A stretch of DNA of 64,000 nt from Nitrospirales bacterium (lineage in GTDB: Bacteria; Nitrospirota; Nitrospiria; Nitrospirales; UBA8639): positions 1,824,001-1,888,000 of the forward strand of contig CBDBCZ010000019.1 of the NCBI GenBank assembly GCA_965203295.1, read 5' to 3'. A program made the translations under genes and the position numbers. Shown here in pieces: positions 21,636 through 32,346 of the stretch; within the stretch, counting starts at the first letter, position 1; each line of letters opens with the position of its first letter. The notes under the pieces were generated by a model that ran no database searches, was not told the origin of the DNA, and was given only the letters and a program-made list of their open reading frames with translations.

Positions 21636-22550
21636 TTAAGAACGTTTCTTATCTAAATACCGCTCCGTGATACCACCATACGCGTCAATTCGACGATCAC
21701 GCAGAAATGCCCAATTTCGTCGAACTTCTTCAATACGATCCAGGTCAATTTCTACGAGGAGAACTTCTTCTTTCTCCATGGAGCCTTGTCCTAAAACTAC
21801 CCCAAACGGATCGCACACAAAGGACCTTCCCCAAAATTCAAGTCCGGGTCCTACGTCAGGTTTCTCTAGGCCTACTCGATTGACAGCCACCACAAATACG
21901 CCATTGGCGATCGCATGGCCACGTTGAATGGTTTCCCATGCATCGAGTTGGGCCGAACCCTCTTGCTGCTTCTCACTAGGGTGCCACCCTATAGCTGTAG
22001 GATAAAAAAGAATATTGGCTCCTTGGAGAGCCATTAATCGGGCCGCCTCTGGATACCACTGATCCCAACAAATTAATGTCCCAATTGGGCCATAACTCGT
22101 GTGAATAGCTTCGAACCCACGATCCCCAGGCGTGAAATAAAACTTCTCAAAATACGCAGGATCATCAGGAATATGCATCTTCCGATAAAGACCAACCTGG
22201 GCGCCATCGGAATCAATGACCACAACCGAATTGTGGTACAGACCTACGGCCCGCCGTTCAAAAATCGGAATAATCACCACAACCTGCTTCTGTTGAGCGA
22301 CTTTGCATAAAACCTCAGTAGAAGGCCCAGGGATTGGCTCTGCGAGATCAAAAAAGGCAGGGTCTTCTCGTTGACAAAAATACTGAGTTCGAAACAGTTC
22401 CGGAAGACAAATAATGTGCGCACCTCCACGCGCCGCCTCTCCGATCTTCTCTACAGCCTTCTCCAAATTTTCCCGTGGATCGGAACTACATCTCAGTTGA
22501 AGTAATCCCAACACAAGTCTTTTGTACTTTTCAGGAAATTCTGTAGGCAT
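21636..22550 (-). CDS. aguB: Carbon-nitrogen hydrolase, N-carbamoylputrescine amidase-like
   Basis: LPELF, YRKMHIPDDP, ICWDQWYPE nitrilase triad; adjacent to aguA. Confidence 0.85.
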   Translation of the reverse strand: MPTEFPEKYKRLVLGLLQLRCSSDPRENLEKAVEKIGEAARGGAHIICLPELFRTQYFCQREDPAFFDLAEPIPGPSTEVLCKVAQQKQVVVIIPIFERRAVGLYHNSVVVIDSDGAQVGLYRKMHIPDDPAYFEKFYFTPGDRGFEAIHTSYGPIGTLICWDQWYPEAARLMALQGANILFYPTAIGWHPSEKQQEGSAQLDAWETIQRGHAIANGVFVVAVNRVGLEKPDVGPGLEFWGRSFVCDPFGVVLGQGSMEKEEVLLVEIDLDRIEEVRRNWAFLRDRRIDAYGGITERYLDKKRS

Positions 22551-22629
22551 AATTCGAGAATTCTTTGCTTTTATTATTCAAGCTGCCTTTTTTGCCAGGC
22601 CCCACCAAGATGTGACTTTTTTCGTGGAG

Positions 22630-24012
22630 TCAAGATGATTGCCGGCCAACGAAGAGACTCGTCGCCTCAGAATCTTCCATTGAAATTCCATCACCAGTGG
22701 CTAGTGATTTTAGAGTCAGGCCATCTAATGCCACCCTCACTGCAGCGTCTCGGCGACGAAGTATGTTTGTAATAACATCCTCATTGTCTTCAGGTGGATT
22801 GATGTCTCTAAGATACCTGTGACGAATGACATCGATGATTTCCAAAATTGTAATCTGTTCAGGGGGCCGACCCAACGCAACGCCTGCCGGTTGCATCGTC
22901 CTGTTGACAAACCCATACTCAAGGAAATCCTCAATGACTTCATCCAAAGCCGCAAAGGGAACTTTTAAGTTTCTAGCAAGATCTTCCTCTTTGCTAGGCG
23001 GCTCCCCAGCATAAAAACGACGAGCCATTTCTACCAGGGTTTTTAAGACTAATTGTTCACGAAATGCCGCGGTTTTCTGTTTCCAGTTCACGAGAGTGAG
23101 GTAGGCAGCCGGATGTTGGTGATAATAGGCGATCTGTGAACCCACCAATACAATTAACCAGCTCACGTACAGCCAGATAAGAAACAAAATGAGAATAGCA
23201 AAACTGGAATAAATGGCACTATAGCGCACAGAGCTGGCGACAACCGATGCAAACAACATGCCAGCCAATTGCCATAAGATCCCGGCTGTGACCCCACCAA
23301 TCATGGCAGAGCTAAGATTCACTTGGGTATGGGGAACAAATTTATAGAAAAAGGTAAAGGCAAAGCACAAAAAGAGAAATGGCATCAATTGCGTGGCAAG
23401 AAGCACCGCCGCACCAAGAGGATCAATTTGGAGCACACGTTTGACAAGCCAATGACTTTGAGCAGATGCCATCAAGGTAAACGCAATGAACACCAGAAAC
23501 GGTCCAACAATGACCACGCTAATGTAATCGGTGAATTTGCGTGAAAGGGACCGAGAATGGCGCACCCGCCAAATGCTATTCAAACTCGCTTCAATATTTT
23601 CAATAAGAGAAAACGTCGTGTAAAAAAGTCCAGCCACACCGACGGCTCCTAAGACCCTAACATCCAGATTGCTGACAAACTCCATAATCTTTTGAGTCAC
23701 TTCCTGTCCCTTCGGGCCTAATGGTTCTAATGCCTGAGCCAAAATCGGTTCAATATATTCATGGAACTCAAAGCCTTTGAGGACGGAAAAAAGGACCGCT
23801 AAAAAAGGGACCAAAGAAAGAAGGGTCGTGAACACGAGTCCAGTCGCTCTGACATTGAGTGCACCATCTTTGAAATCCGAGACGGCCACGACCAAGAGGC
23901 GAAGGATGGGGATGTAGATCCGGGCAAACCCTTGCACATTGGCAGAGTCAGCCGCCCATAAGTCTCGCTGAAAAAACCGTTCAATTCGATTAATGAAGTT
24001 CATCAGTCCCAA
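22630..24012 (-). CDS. YihY/BrkB family membrane protein with C-terminal Rrf2-like HTH
   Basis: TTLLSLVPFLA, LNSIWRV, YSAIYSSFA, LIWLYVSWLIVLVG; C-terminal PPEQIT. Confidence 0.88.
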   Translation of the reverse strand: MGLMNFINRIERFFQRDLWAADSANVQGFARIYIPILRLLVVAVSDFKDGALNVRATGLVFTTLLSLVPFLAVLFSVLKGFEFHEYIEPILAQALEPLGPKGQEVTQKIMEFVSNLDVRVLGAVGVAGLFYTTFSLIENIEASLNSIWRVRHSRSLSRKFTDYISVVIVGPFLVFIAFTLMASAQSHWLVKRVLQIDPLGAAVLLATQLMPFLFLCFAFTFFYKFVPHTQVNLSSAMIGGVTAGILWQLAGMLFASVVASSVRYSAIYSSFAILILFLIWLYVSWLIVLVGSQIAYYHQHPAAYLTLVNWKQKTAAFREQLVLKTLVEMARRFYAGEPPSKEEDLARNLKVPFAALDEVIEDFLEYGFVNRTMQPAGVALGRPPEQITILEIIDVIRHRYLRDINPPEDNEDVITNILRRRDAAVRVALDGLTLKSLATGDGISMEDSEATSLFVGRQSS

Positions 24013-24136
24013 CTAGCCTATCAAGGGATTCTAAGAAGGGTACATTGGGCTTTTCCAAATGTCTATATGCCATTTTCTCCTGCCGCCAATTGATTCCACA
24101 ACTCACGTAGATTAGGCTTTTTTATTTGATGGGGTT

Positions 24137-24730
24137 TTGAAACAGTCCCTTGATCGGATTATGGCCATTCCTTACCACCACACGCTTGTCATTGGCTCTG
24201 TGATCGTCGCTTCTTTCCTTGTCTTAGGATGTACGGAGGACTTTGATTGGCAAACATACCCTGAGGGAGTCCAGACAGCTCTCGAGCAAGATCATTTTGA
24301 TGAGGCTGAACGCCTTCTCCTCAGCAGTTTGGACGAAGTCGATGAAGCGGAAACGCATGAACCGCGTTTGGATGCTATTTATCAGAACTTTGGGGAACTG
24401 TATCGGCTACAGGGAAAATGCCCACAGGCTGAACCCCTTTTTTGGAAGGCCCTTCCTATCTGGTCGGCCTCATTGGGGGTTGAACATCCTGCCATCGCGA
24501 CCAGCTTAACCGGCGTGGCTCAATGTTATGTCTCTCAAGGAAAACTCAGAGAAGCCGAACCTCTCTTTAAACGTGCGATGGCTATACGAGAAAAAGCCTA
24601 TGGCCCAAGCCATCCTGAAATTGCTAAAGGCCTTGAAGACTATGTGATGTTGCTTCGCAAAACCAACCGTCCTGTGGAAGCTGATAAAATCGAGAAACGG
24701 AGACAAAGGCTTCTTTCTTATCGATTGTAA
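24137..24730 (+). CDS. TPR-repeat lipoprotein
   Basis: Lipobox LGC; kinesin-light-chain-type TPRs (AEPLFKRAMAIREKAYGPSHP). Confidence 0.85.
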   Translation: MKQSLDRIMAIPYHHTLVIGSVIVASFLVLGCTEDFDWQTYPEGVQTALEQDHFDEAERLLLSSLDEVDEAETHEPRLDAIYQNFGELYRLQGKCPQAEPLFWKALPIWSASLGVEHPAIATSLTGVAQCYVSQGKLREAEPLFKRAMAIREKAYGPSHPEIAKGLEDYVMLLRKTNRPVEADKIEKRRQRLLSYRL

Positions 24731-24766
24731 ATATTCCATCATGCACTGTTCCTTCTGGCGAAGAAC

Positions 24767-25105
24767 ATGGGGATGCCATCGCAATTGTTGACCACCAGAC
24801 AAAGAATTCTGGCGGCACTCGGCCAACATCCGCTTTCTGCCAAAGATCTCGCTGGATCTGTTAAGACCTCGGAAAGAGAAGTAGAAGAACATTTGCTTCA
24901 CATTAAACGCTCAGTAGAAAGAAGTGGACACCAAAGATTGGCTATAGAGCCCTCTCGTTGCTATGAATGCGGATTTACATTTCGAGACCGCTCACGCCTG
25001 ACTCGACCTAGTCGATGTCCTCAATGTAAGAGTGAAAACATTTCATCTCCCCTATTCTCTATAAAGGGGCTCTTGAAAAAGGCCGCCAGCGAGCATCCAG
25101 GGTGA
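24767..25105 (+). CDS. Putative regulator, wHTH fused to Zn ribbon (COG3357-like)
   Basis: TTRQRI..L, EEHLLHI, CYECGFTF, PSRCPQCKSE.I. Confidence 0.8.
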   Translation: MGMPSQLLTTRQRILAALGQHPLSAKDLAGSVKTSEREVEEHLLHIKRSVERSGHQRLAIEPSRCYECGFTFRDRSRLTRPSRCPQCKSENISSPLFSIKGLLKKAASEHPG

Positions 25106-25228
25106 TCAGGAAATATGGATCCCCGCCAAAGGTTTAAAAATAAGTCTGTTTCTTTTTTGTTCCGCTTTGCGCGTGGCTGAGTCCTAGCGCCGAATCTCAC
25201 AACTCGGCGAGGACTGTTTGAGCCAGGG

Positions 25229-25347
25229 GGTTGTTGAAAAAGACGGCCAGCGGTGTTCTCGTTGCTCGCAGCCCTCAACGTACATAAGTCGTACGCCTCG
25301 GACTCCTCGCGGCCTGCGGCCTTGCTGGCGAAACTTTTTGAACAACC
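25229..25347. repeat. MITE/REP-like element with 14-bp terminal inverted repeats
   Basis: GGTTGTTGAAAAAG ... CTTTTTGAACAACC (1 mismatch); GC-rich interior. Confidence 0.7.
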
Positions 25348-25422
25348 ACGGGAGCGAGTTCCGCAGCCATGTGATTCGGGGCTGGGACGAAGGAGACCCG
25401 CAGGGCCGCGCGCAGGCGGGAA

Positions 25423-25481
25423 TGGTTTTGGGCCCTTTTGCCGAAACAAAAGGACCTCGACTGCCGGGGCGAAACCCGGCG
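25423..25481. repeat. Twin-hairpin REP-like element
   Basis: CCTTTTG-CCGAAA-CAAAAGG followed by GCCGGG-GCGAAA-CCCGGC. Confidence 0.65.
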
Positions 25482-25614
25482 AAGCGGAACTGTGAAAGAG
25501 CAATTCAGATCTTTAAACTTTAAACCTTAACCTCGAAGGTCCCGCACCAACCCCTGCCTGGATGGACTAAACTACTTTTATACGAATGAATACGAGGCGG
25601 CGAGATTATGAGGA

Positions 25615-27057
25615 CTATTGGTGAATAGTATCGACTTCAGTGAGCCTCGCATAAGCTTTGGCTGCTTCAGGGCTCCTCGGATACAATCTCACTAATTGAC
25701 GGAAGGTACCCTTTGCTTTTGGAGTATCTTTTAACTCCAATTGCGAATATCCAATTTTTAGCAATGCAGCAGGGACTTTCTCACTATCGCTGTACAGCTT
25801 TAGCACACGTTCAAACTCTCCGATGGCACTGTTAAATTGACGTGTGACGTAATAACACTCTCCCATCCAATATTGGGCATTCCCCGCTAACGGCGAATTG
25901 GGATATTGAACTAAAAACCTCGAAAAGTCTTTCAAGGCCTCCTGGACTTGCCCATTCTTTAATTTTTGGTGTGCATCTCGGTAAACCGCATCATTTGCCT
26001 CGACACTCACTTCAGACAGGTCACGACGGATAGAATCATGTCCGGCAGAGATTGGGACCTGTGGGCGTTCTGTTGTATTGGCTCTGCTCATGTTCACAGA
26101 TTTTCGAAGCGGGGCCTGTTGATTCAAGCCTGATAGTTGCGCTTCATGGGCATCCACTTTTTCACCCAATGTCTCCACCACAAGGTCTAGTGCTTTCTGC
26201 AGTCGCTCTTGGCGTAGAGTTAAGTCTCTAATAGATTCCTGCTGCTGATTCAGAAAGGCTTGGGACACCAACTTCGCCTTCAGTTGATGAAGCGATTTCG
26301 TATGTCGCTGCTCTTGTTCATTCATCCGTTCCGTAAAGCTCTTATTGACTGTCTCAAGCGCCTTCATCAAGGAGGCAATGCTTTGATCAACATCTTTAAG
26401 ATACGTGGTAGTCTTACCAGAATGAGAAGACGTTTGTTGAGAAATTCTATCCATTTTTCGTTCTGAGTGTTGCAGGCGGACTTCTTGTTGTCTCAATTGA
26501 TCCCGTAACGTACCGAGTACTTCCTTGAACTCAATCAAAGAGGCTTGGAATTCAGAATTCTCTTTGGCTTGGGTCGCTAATGCTTGCATATTCTGACCGA
26601 TGTCATGTTTGAATTTTTTGGAAGAGGTTTCTGCTTTCTTCTCATGGGTTTTCATTTGAGTTTGAAGTGCCATCCATTCCTGCGAAAGATCATCAAGTTG
26701 CCTTGATAAATCATGAATGGCATGGTCGCTTTGCTCAACTTTTCCATGAATATCTGACAAGTCCCCCTCTCTAAGGTTTGTCATTTGATCTACGGTTTCC
26801 GCTCTGCCCCGCACCAACGCTTGTATCTGCGCATCCTGTTGTTCAATGGTTCGGTTAGCCTGTCCAAAAGCCTGGTGGGCTTCCTTCACTGCTGATTGGA
26901 GTTCTATTCGATTTTTTTCTTGCACGGCAATCTTCGCATCCAAATCGCGCTTCATCCGAACAACATCAGCTTGCTGAGCCATGCACCCACTCCCCAGGAG
27001 AAGTAGTATTGTCCACAGAAAAGGGTTACGGAACATCAAAAGAGATCTTTTTTTCAT
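25615..27057 (-). CDS. cpoB: Tol-Pal protein CpoB/YbgF (long coiled coil plus C-terminal TPR)
   Basis: Lipobox GSGC; YPNSPLAGNAQYWMGECYY and KVPAALLKIG; downstream of pal. Confidence 0.85.
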   Translation of the reverse strand: MKKRSLLMFRNPFLWTILLLLGSGCMAQQADVVRMKRDLDAKIAVQEKNRIELQSAVKEAHQAFGQANRTIEQQDAQIQALVRGRAETVDQMTNLREGDLSDIHGKVEQSDHAIHDLSRQLDDLSQEWMALQTQMKTHEKKAETSSKKFKHDIGQNMQALATQAKENSEFQASLIEFKEVLGTLRDQLRQQEVRLQHSERKMDRISQQTSSHSGKTTTYLKDVDQSIASLMKALETVNKSFTERMNEQEQRHTKSLHQLKAKLVSQAFLNQQQESIRDLTLRQERLQKALDLVVETLGEKVDAHEAQLSGLNQQAPLRKSVNMSRANTTERPQVPISAGHDSIRRDLSEVSVEANDAVYRDAHQKLKNGQVQEALKDFSRFLVQYPNSPLAGNAQYWMGECYYVTRQFNSAIGEFERVLKLYSDSEKVPAALLKIGYSQLELKDTPKAKGTFRQLVRLYPRSPEAAKAYARLTEVDTIHQ

Positions 27058-27116
27058 ACGATACCTGTTCGTAACTTCGCATGCGGTGATTGAAGCAGAG
27101 ATTGGCACATGAAGGA

Positions 27117-27905
27117 TCATCTCCGTTTAGATAAATAGTTTGCTGCGACATGATCGAGACCAACGACCACATGCGCTCGACGATTGGCTGTAAAACATTT
27201 TTCTGTAAAATTCCGGCAAACGGGTTTGTCCTTGCCATACGATGTCACGAGTAATTGCTCTTTTGACACACCAAGCATGGTGAGATAATTCCTGGCCATA
27301 TTGGCACGTTTTTGGCCAAGCGCAACATTGTAGGCCTGTGTCCCTCGTTCATCACAATGGCCTTCAATGGTGACTCGTTTATGGGGATGTGCCTTCAGCC
27401 ATGTCGCATTGCTTTCAAGTATCCCCTTAGCCTCTTCGCTTAAACTCCAGCTATCATAACCGAAGAAGATATCCCGAATGCCCAAAGCAGCCGTTTCCGC
27501 TTCGGCTTGTCGCCGGACCTGGACATAAGAGCCAGCAGGCTGAGAGTCACCACTCGTTGAGCTTTCCATGGAGGTTAAGGATGCTTTAGAAGTTGGCTCT
27601 TGATCCCATTCGGCAAGCCCAGACGCTAATTCGGCATCTTCGACAGAATATTCACCTTCATTTCCATTGACGTCTTGATCAGCCAAATCACTCTCACCGA
27701 TCGTGCCAGCAGAAGAGGCCATTCCATCCAATGAGACCACTGTTTCGCCTTCTTCACCATTATCATGAAAGTCAACTGTTCGCTTCATCGATTTGTTTCC
27801 ACAGCCTGTCATGAATAGGAAGAGGCACCCGACAACTACGACCATCACCACCGTAAAGAAAAATCTTTTTCTTATGTTAAGACTTAAAGGCATCATAAAA
27901 TACAC
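27117..27905 (-). CDS. pal: Peptidoglycan-associated lipoprotein (OmpA_C) with long acidic linker
   Basis: Lipobox TGC; IEGHCDERGT..YNVALGQKRA, SYGKDKP, NRRA. Confidence 0.88.
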   Translation of the reverse strand: MYFMMPLSLNIRKRFFFTVVMVVVVGCLFLFMTGCGNKSMKRTVDFHDNGEEGETVVSLDGMASSAGTIGESDLADQDVNGNEGEYSVEDAELASGLAEWDQEPTSKASLTSMESSTSGDSQPAGSYVQVRRQAEAETAALGIRDIFFGYDSWSLSEEAKGILESNATWLKAHPHKRVTIEGHCDERGTQAYNVALGQKRANMARNYLTMLGVSKEQLLVTSYGKDKPVCRNFTEKCFTANRRAHVVVGLDHVAANYLSKRR

Positions 27906-28319
27906 TCCTGGTTGTATTGTCCTTTTCCTCTATCAATCCTTCCGCCTATACTTTAGTCTTAGCAAGTTTAAGGCCAAAATATATTTCTTGGATTCTCTTT
28001 TTCGGTCTGGCACACATTGAAGCAGAGGGGAAATACCTCCAAACTTTTTCCCAAGACATAGCGGCATACAAGCGATAAACCCATATTTTTCAAGAGAAAT
28101 TTCGCATTTCGAAAAAGGTGGATAAGTTGCAACCGAGAAAAAATTTTCTCTAGTGAAAGACAGATTGTGAGTGGAGCAAAAAAATAATCTTGGCGAGAAA
28201 AAGAATTGTCTCTAAATCTCGTGAGAGGAAAAGCCTACACAACAATCATGAGCTGCAGCATTTTGTCAACATATAAGGGCCTTCATCCTGGCATTTATTC
28301 ATAATGAATAAGCCTCGAT

Positions 28320-30221
28320 TCAACAACCTTTAGACTCAGAGCCCCACCATCCTCGCAAAAGGGTGGTCATTTCATCCGCAGGGAGAGGACGATTGCAAAA
28401 GTAACCTTGGACCCCATGACAACCGAGCTGTCGTAAACATGCAACCTGTTCTGGTTGTTCAACCCCCTTCGCGATAATCCTGGCATTGATAGATTGACCG
28501 AACTCTAGACTTCTTAGAATGTCTTTGCTCATTCCAGGATCGTTAGACAGATTCACGACAAGCGATTGTGAAAGTTTAAACGTGTGAATCGGAAGGTCAC
28601 TCACAAGATCAGTGATCCAAGCTTCCGGAACAAAATCATCAATAACCACGGACAGACCGAGCTCATGAATGTCTCTAATCAATGCGAGAGCTACTTTCTG
28701 GTGTGTTTTCAAAAGCAGTTGGGAAATTTCAATTCTCAACGTTGTGGGCGACAGATTCGCCTCCTGAAGGACTTGACGAATGACCTCAATAAATTTGGGA
28801 TGCTCTGCATTCTCTCCAAAAAGATTGATTCCGATAGAACCGAATGGGACGGCTCCTTCTTGCCACAACTTCGTCTGAGAACACACAGCCCTGAGTACCC
28901 ATTCTTGAATGGAACCAATGAGGTGAATTTCTTGAGCCAAGGCAATAAACTGAGAAGGGAAGATAAGTCCAAGATCAGGGTGATGCCACCGCAACAAGAC
29001 TTCAAGGCCCATGATATGCCCATTTCTCAGATCAACTTCCGGCTGAAAATGCAAGAAAAACTCTTGACGGTTCCAAGCATCCCGCAAACTGTTAGCTAAC
29101 GTTAATTGCTCGAAAGCCTGAGCATTCATCTCATCAGAGACAAATTGATAGCAATTTCCGCCTTTCTCTTTGGCTCGATACATTGCCCGATCGGCTTGGG
29201 TCACCAGGGAATCCGGAGTCGTCGCATCAAACGGATATAAAGCAATGCCAATGCTCGCAGTCGTGGACACGCTTTGATCATTTAAGGGAACGGATTGCCT
29301 CACGGCATCGAGGATTTTATGCGCGACATACCCCGCATCTTGTCCCCTATCCAAATCCTGTAAGATCAAAACAAACTCATCGCCACTGTGCCGGGTGACC
29401 GTATCAGTGGCTCGCACACACGCCGTTAAGACTGTTCCTACCAATTTGAGAAATTCATCACCCTTTTCATGGCCGAACATGTCATTGATCGGTTTAAACC
29501 GATCTAAATCCAGGAACAGAATCGCCAGGGAACGCCCATGCCGACGAGCCAGTGCTAAAGCTTGTTTTAATCGATCATGAAACATGACTCGGTTAGGAAG
29601 GTCTGTCACCAGATCGTAGTGGGCCAGACGGAAAATTCACGCCTCAGATTCCTTTCGTGACGTGATATCTTGATGCATCGCGACATAATGGGTGATCTCT
29701 CCTTCGTCATTTCGCAAAGCGGTGACAGTTTGCTCCACCGCAAACTGGCTTCCATCTTTTCGCTGTTTCACAAACTCTCTCCTCCAATTTGCTCCCTGGG
29801 ATCCCAATCGTCGAGAGGGCTTGAACGAGGATTTTAACTTGTTGGATTTTGAAAATATCTCGATCTGGCCAACAATCTCTGCAGCGGAGTAGCCCGTCAA
29901 CCTCGTATAGGCATCGTTGACCCATTCAATTCGCCCTTCCCGGTCAGTGATGAATACTGCATGTTCGGCAGAGGCGATAGCCGCACCTTGAAGTCGCAAG
30001 TTTTCCTGGTTCTTTACCAAATCCAAACTCAAGGAATCGGCAAAATCCTCAAGAAGACTGGCAAGCGCTTTTTGGTCAGCAGCCGGCATGCCGGGATATT
30101 GTTTTTGCAGGATTGCTAATTGCTCATGGAGGATCTGAAGGTCAAACCCATAGGTAAGAACTTTACCTTTGTCTTTCCTTTTCCCTTCGGATGAGTTATT
30201 CGATTTTTTCTTACTCCTCAA
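28320..30221 (-). pseudogene. PAS-GGDEF-EAL protein interrupted by in-frame TGA at 29637-29639
   Basis: PAS ORF ends DITSRKESEA*, same frame continues IFRLAHYDLVTDLPNR; SGDEF and EVL motifs. Confidence 0.85.
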
Positions 30222-30254
30222 AGCCCTGACTCTCCCGATTCTCTTGAAAAATCG

Positions 30255-31040
30255 TTATTTCTCAATTTCTTTTATCGATGAATACCTTAACGAGGAAGTT
30301 TCATTTTCCTCCCACACCGGCAAGAGTCCCATTGCAAAGTCTCGCTCCACTTGCCGATATCGCTCCAGAGTACCGACATCCGACCAATAACCTGAAAACC
30401 CATACCCTTGGATCCAACCACCTTTCTCCAAACAAGCCTGATAGGCTGCAATAATGGATGAATTGGAATCTTTCGGAATATCGCGCAGCACCTCAGGTTG
30501 CAACACATGGATTCCAGCAAACATCTTCCGATGGATAAATGAGGTTGCGATGTCTTCCTTTAGCCCAACTCCTCGAATGGTCAATACGCGATTATCATCG
30601 TTACATTCCACAACCCCCCAATTTTCTACATCAAGTTCACTTCGCAGAGCCATAGTGGCAAGTGCCCCACAATCTTGGTGTCTCGCGATCATTTCTGTCA
30701 GGTTCAAGTCTTCTAACGTATCTCCATTGAGAACGAGAAAGGGCTGCCCGTCAAAAAACTCTTCCACTTGTTTAATTCCCCCACCCGTCCCAAGCAATGC
30801 CGTCTCTCTAGAATAGGCCAGTTGCATTCCCCACTGCCGACCATCCTCAAGATGATCCTGAATTTTGTCTGCCAAATGGTGAAGGTTAATCATCACTTCC
30901 CTAACGCCATGCGAACGAAGCAAAAGTAGATTCCAGACAATAAGAGGGCGGCCACCCACAGGAACAAGCGGTTTCGGCAGTGTATCGGTGAAAGGTCGTA
31001 GGCGGGTCCCTAACCCGGCAGCTAAGATCATGGCTTTCAT
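30255..31040 (-). CDS. Nucleotidyltransferase, MurU-like
   Basis: MKAMILAAGLGTRLRP..PKPL, LGTGGG, NGD, WSDVGT; paired with kinase gene. Confidence 0.85.
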   Translation of the reverse strand: MKAMILAAGLGTRLRPFTDTLPKPLVPVGGRPLIVWNLLLLRSHGVREVMINLHHLADKIQDHLEDGRQWGMQLAYSRETALLGTGGGIKQVEEFFDGQPFLVLNGDTLEDLNLTEMIARHQDCGALATMALRSELDVENWGVVECNDDNRVLTIRGVGLKEDIATSFIHRKMFAGIHVLQPEVLRDIPKDSNSSIIAAYQACLEKGGWIQGYGFSGYWSDVGTLERYRQVERDFAMGLLPVWEENETSSLRYSSIKEIEK

Positions 31041-31050
31041 AAGGATTTTC

Positions 31051-32163
31051 TCATTGCCACTCCGGAATATAAGGAGCTAAATGATCAAAAAGCCTCGCTA
31101 ATTCAGAGTATCTGTGAAAATTATCCCGTACATACCCAAGAGTACGGGGAATGGCTTCAAGAAATTTTGAATTGTGTTTTACTCGATCAATATAGACAAA
31201 TCGCCCTGCAGCTTTGAGATTTCGTTGAATACTCGTAAAATCGAACAATCGCTGGAACGCCTCTTCATCATGTAACAGCATCCGTTCCTGTGTGGTGGGC
31301 TGCAATTCTTGAGACATGCTTCCCACATACCGGTCAATCATCGTCTCAACGAGTGACTCATCTAATACGATATAAGAATCACGGAGCAATGAAGCCAAAT
31401 CATACGTCACCGGCCCCAATAACGCATCCTGAAAATCAAGAATTCCAAAGGTATTGTCGTACACCATCAGGTTCCGTGAATGATAATCCCGATGCGTGAA
31501 CACCTGAGGTTGAGCGGCGAGCCATACAGCAATCTTTTGGAATTCATCTTGAATGACTTGTTCATCCCAGCCAGATATCGGCTTACCAAACCGAGCCACG
31601 ACACCATATTCAAGAAAGTGATCGAACTCCCACATGAGTAAAGGAACATCAAATTCCCGGGTGAATGCATAATAAGAATCCATCCGTGAAGCCGTGGCGC
31701 GAAGATGGATAGCGACTAATGCATCAATCGCCTTCCCATATAATTCGGACCACTCTGATGGGTTCCTCTGCAAACAGGCTTCCAGAAGAGTGAGATCTCC
31801 AAAATCTTGGAGATAGAGAAGACCGGCCGGTTCATCGTAATAGTATAAGGTTGGCACACCGATTCCGACGGCTTCTAGATGTCGTAGCACGTTGATAAAG
31901 TGGAGCTCTTGGATTCCTGAATTTGTACCACTGACGGCCTCTTCAGATGCCTTAAATCCCTCAGGGTCAGCCAACTGCATGAGGATCAAGGAGGGGACGG
32001 TTCCCTCTAAGCTCAAGCGAAAATATCGTCGGTTAGAGGCATCACCAGCTAGAGGGGACGCATCTATCAACCTGGCCGTAAATGGGAGTTTTTCCAGAAT
32101 CGTGTCAGTAATGAGGGAAAGATCGAGCTTTCCATGTGGCGAGGGCGTGGACCGACTCGGCAT
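31051..32163 (-). CDS. APH-family phosphotransferase, AmgK-like anomeric sugar kinase
   Basis: LAGDASNRRYFR, HRDYHSRNLM, LDFQDA, YDLASLLRD, QRNLKAAG.F. Confidence 0.87.
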   Translation of the reverse strand: MPSRSTPSPHGKLDLSLITDTILEKLPFTARLIDASPLAGDASNRRYFRLSLEGTVPSLILMQLADPEGFKASEEAVSGTNSGIQELHFINVLRHLEAVGIGVPTLYYYDEPAGLLYLQDFGDLTLLEACLQRNPSEWSELYGKAIDALVAIHLRATASRMDSYYAFTREFDVPLLMWEFDHFLEYGVVARFGKPISGWDEQVIQDEFQKIAVWLAAQPQVFTHRDYHSRNLMVYDNTFGILDFQDALLGPVTYDLASLLRDSYIVLDESLVETMIDRYVGSMSQELQPTTQERMLLHDEEAFQRLFDFTSIQRNLKAAGRFVYIDRVKHNSKFLEAIPRTLGYVRDNFHRYSELARLFDHLAPYIPEWQ

Positions 32164-32199
32164 ATTAGGAAATTATACGAACACTCAAAGGTAATGTCA

Positions 32200-32214
32200 C
32201 GGCATACACTTTGC
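32200..32214 (+). promoter_or_regulatory. Candidate sigma-54 (-24/-12) promoter upstream of zwf
   Basis: CGGCATACACTTTGC has exact GG-N10-GC spacing, ~130 bp before the zwf ATG. Confidence 0.4.
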
Positions 32215-32346
32215 CTATAACAAGCTTTGATATCCGCGCCATTCACAAAAGGCCGCATATCGTAATATGAGCTTTACCCCTTCATCTCTTTTGCGCTATT
32301 TTTAAGCGAAAGCCGTTACTCACCTCGAACCTAGCTAGAAGTTTCT

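Noticed and set aside
25229..25481. CRISPR array or tRNA
   Set aside because: No regularly spaced direct repeats, no cloverleaf or T-loop, no cas genes
25021..25523. ORFs 25021-25503, 25218-25523 and 25253-25495
   Set aside because: They are open frames over GC-rich palindromic repeat DNA with no protein-like motifs
28007..28020. Sigma-54 promoter-like TGGCAC sites (also ~40205 and ~46885)
   Set aside because: No correctly spaced -12 GC element
2515..29639. TGA reassigned as a sense codon
   Set aside because: Many intact genes here end properly in TGA (exbB, CBS protein, secD, secF, ttuA)
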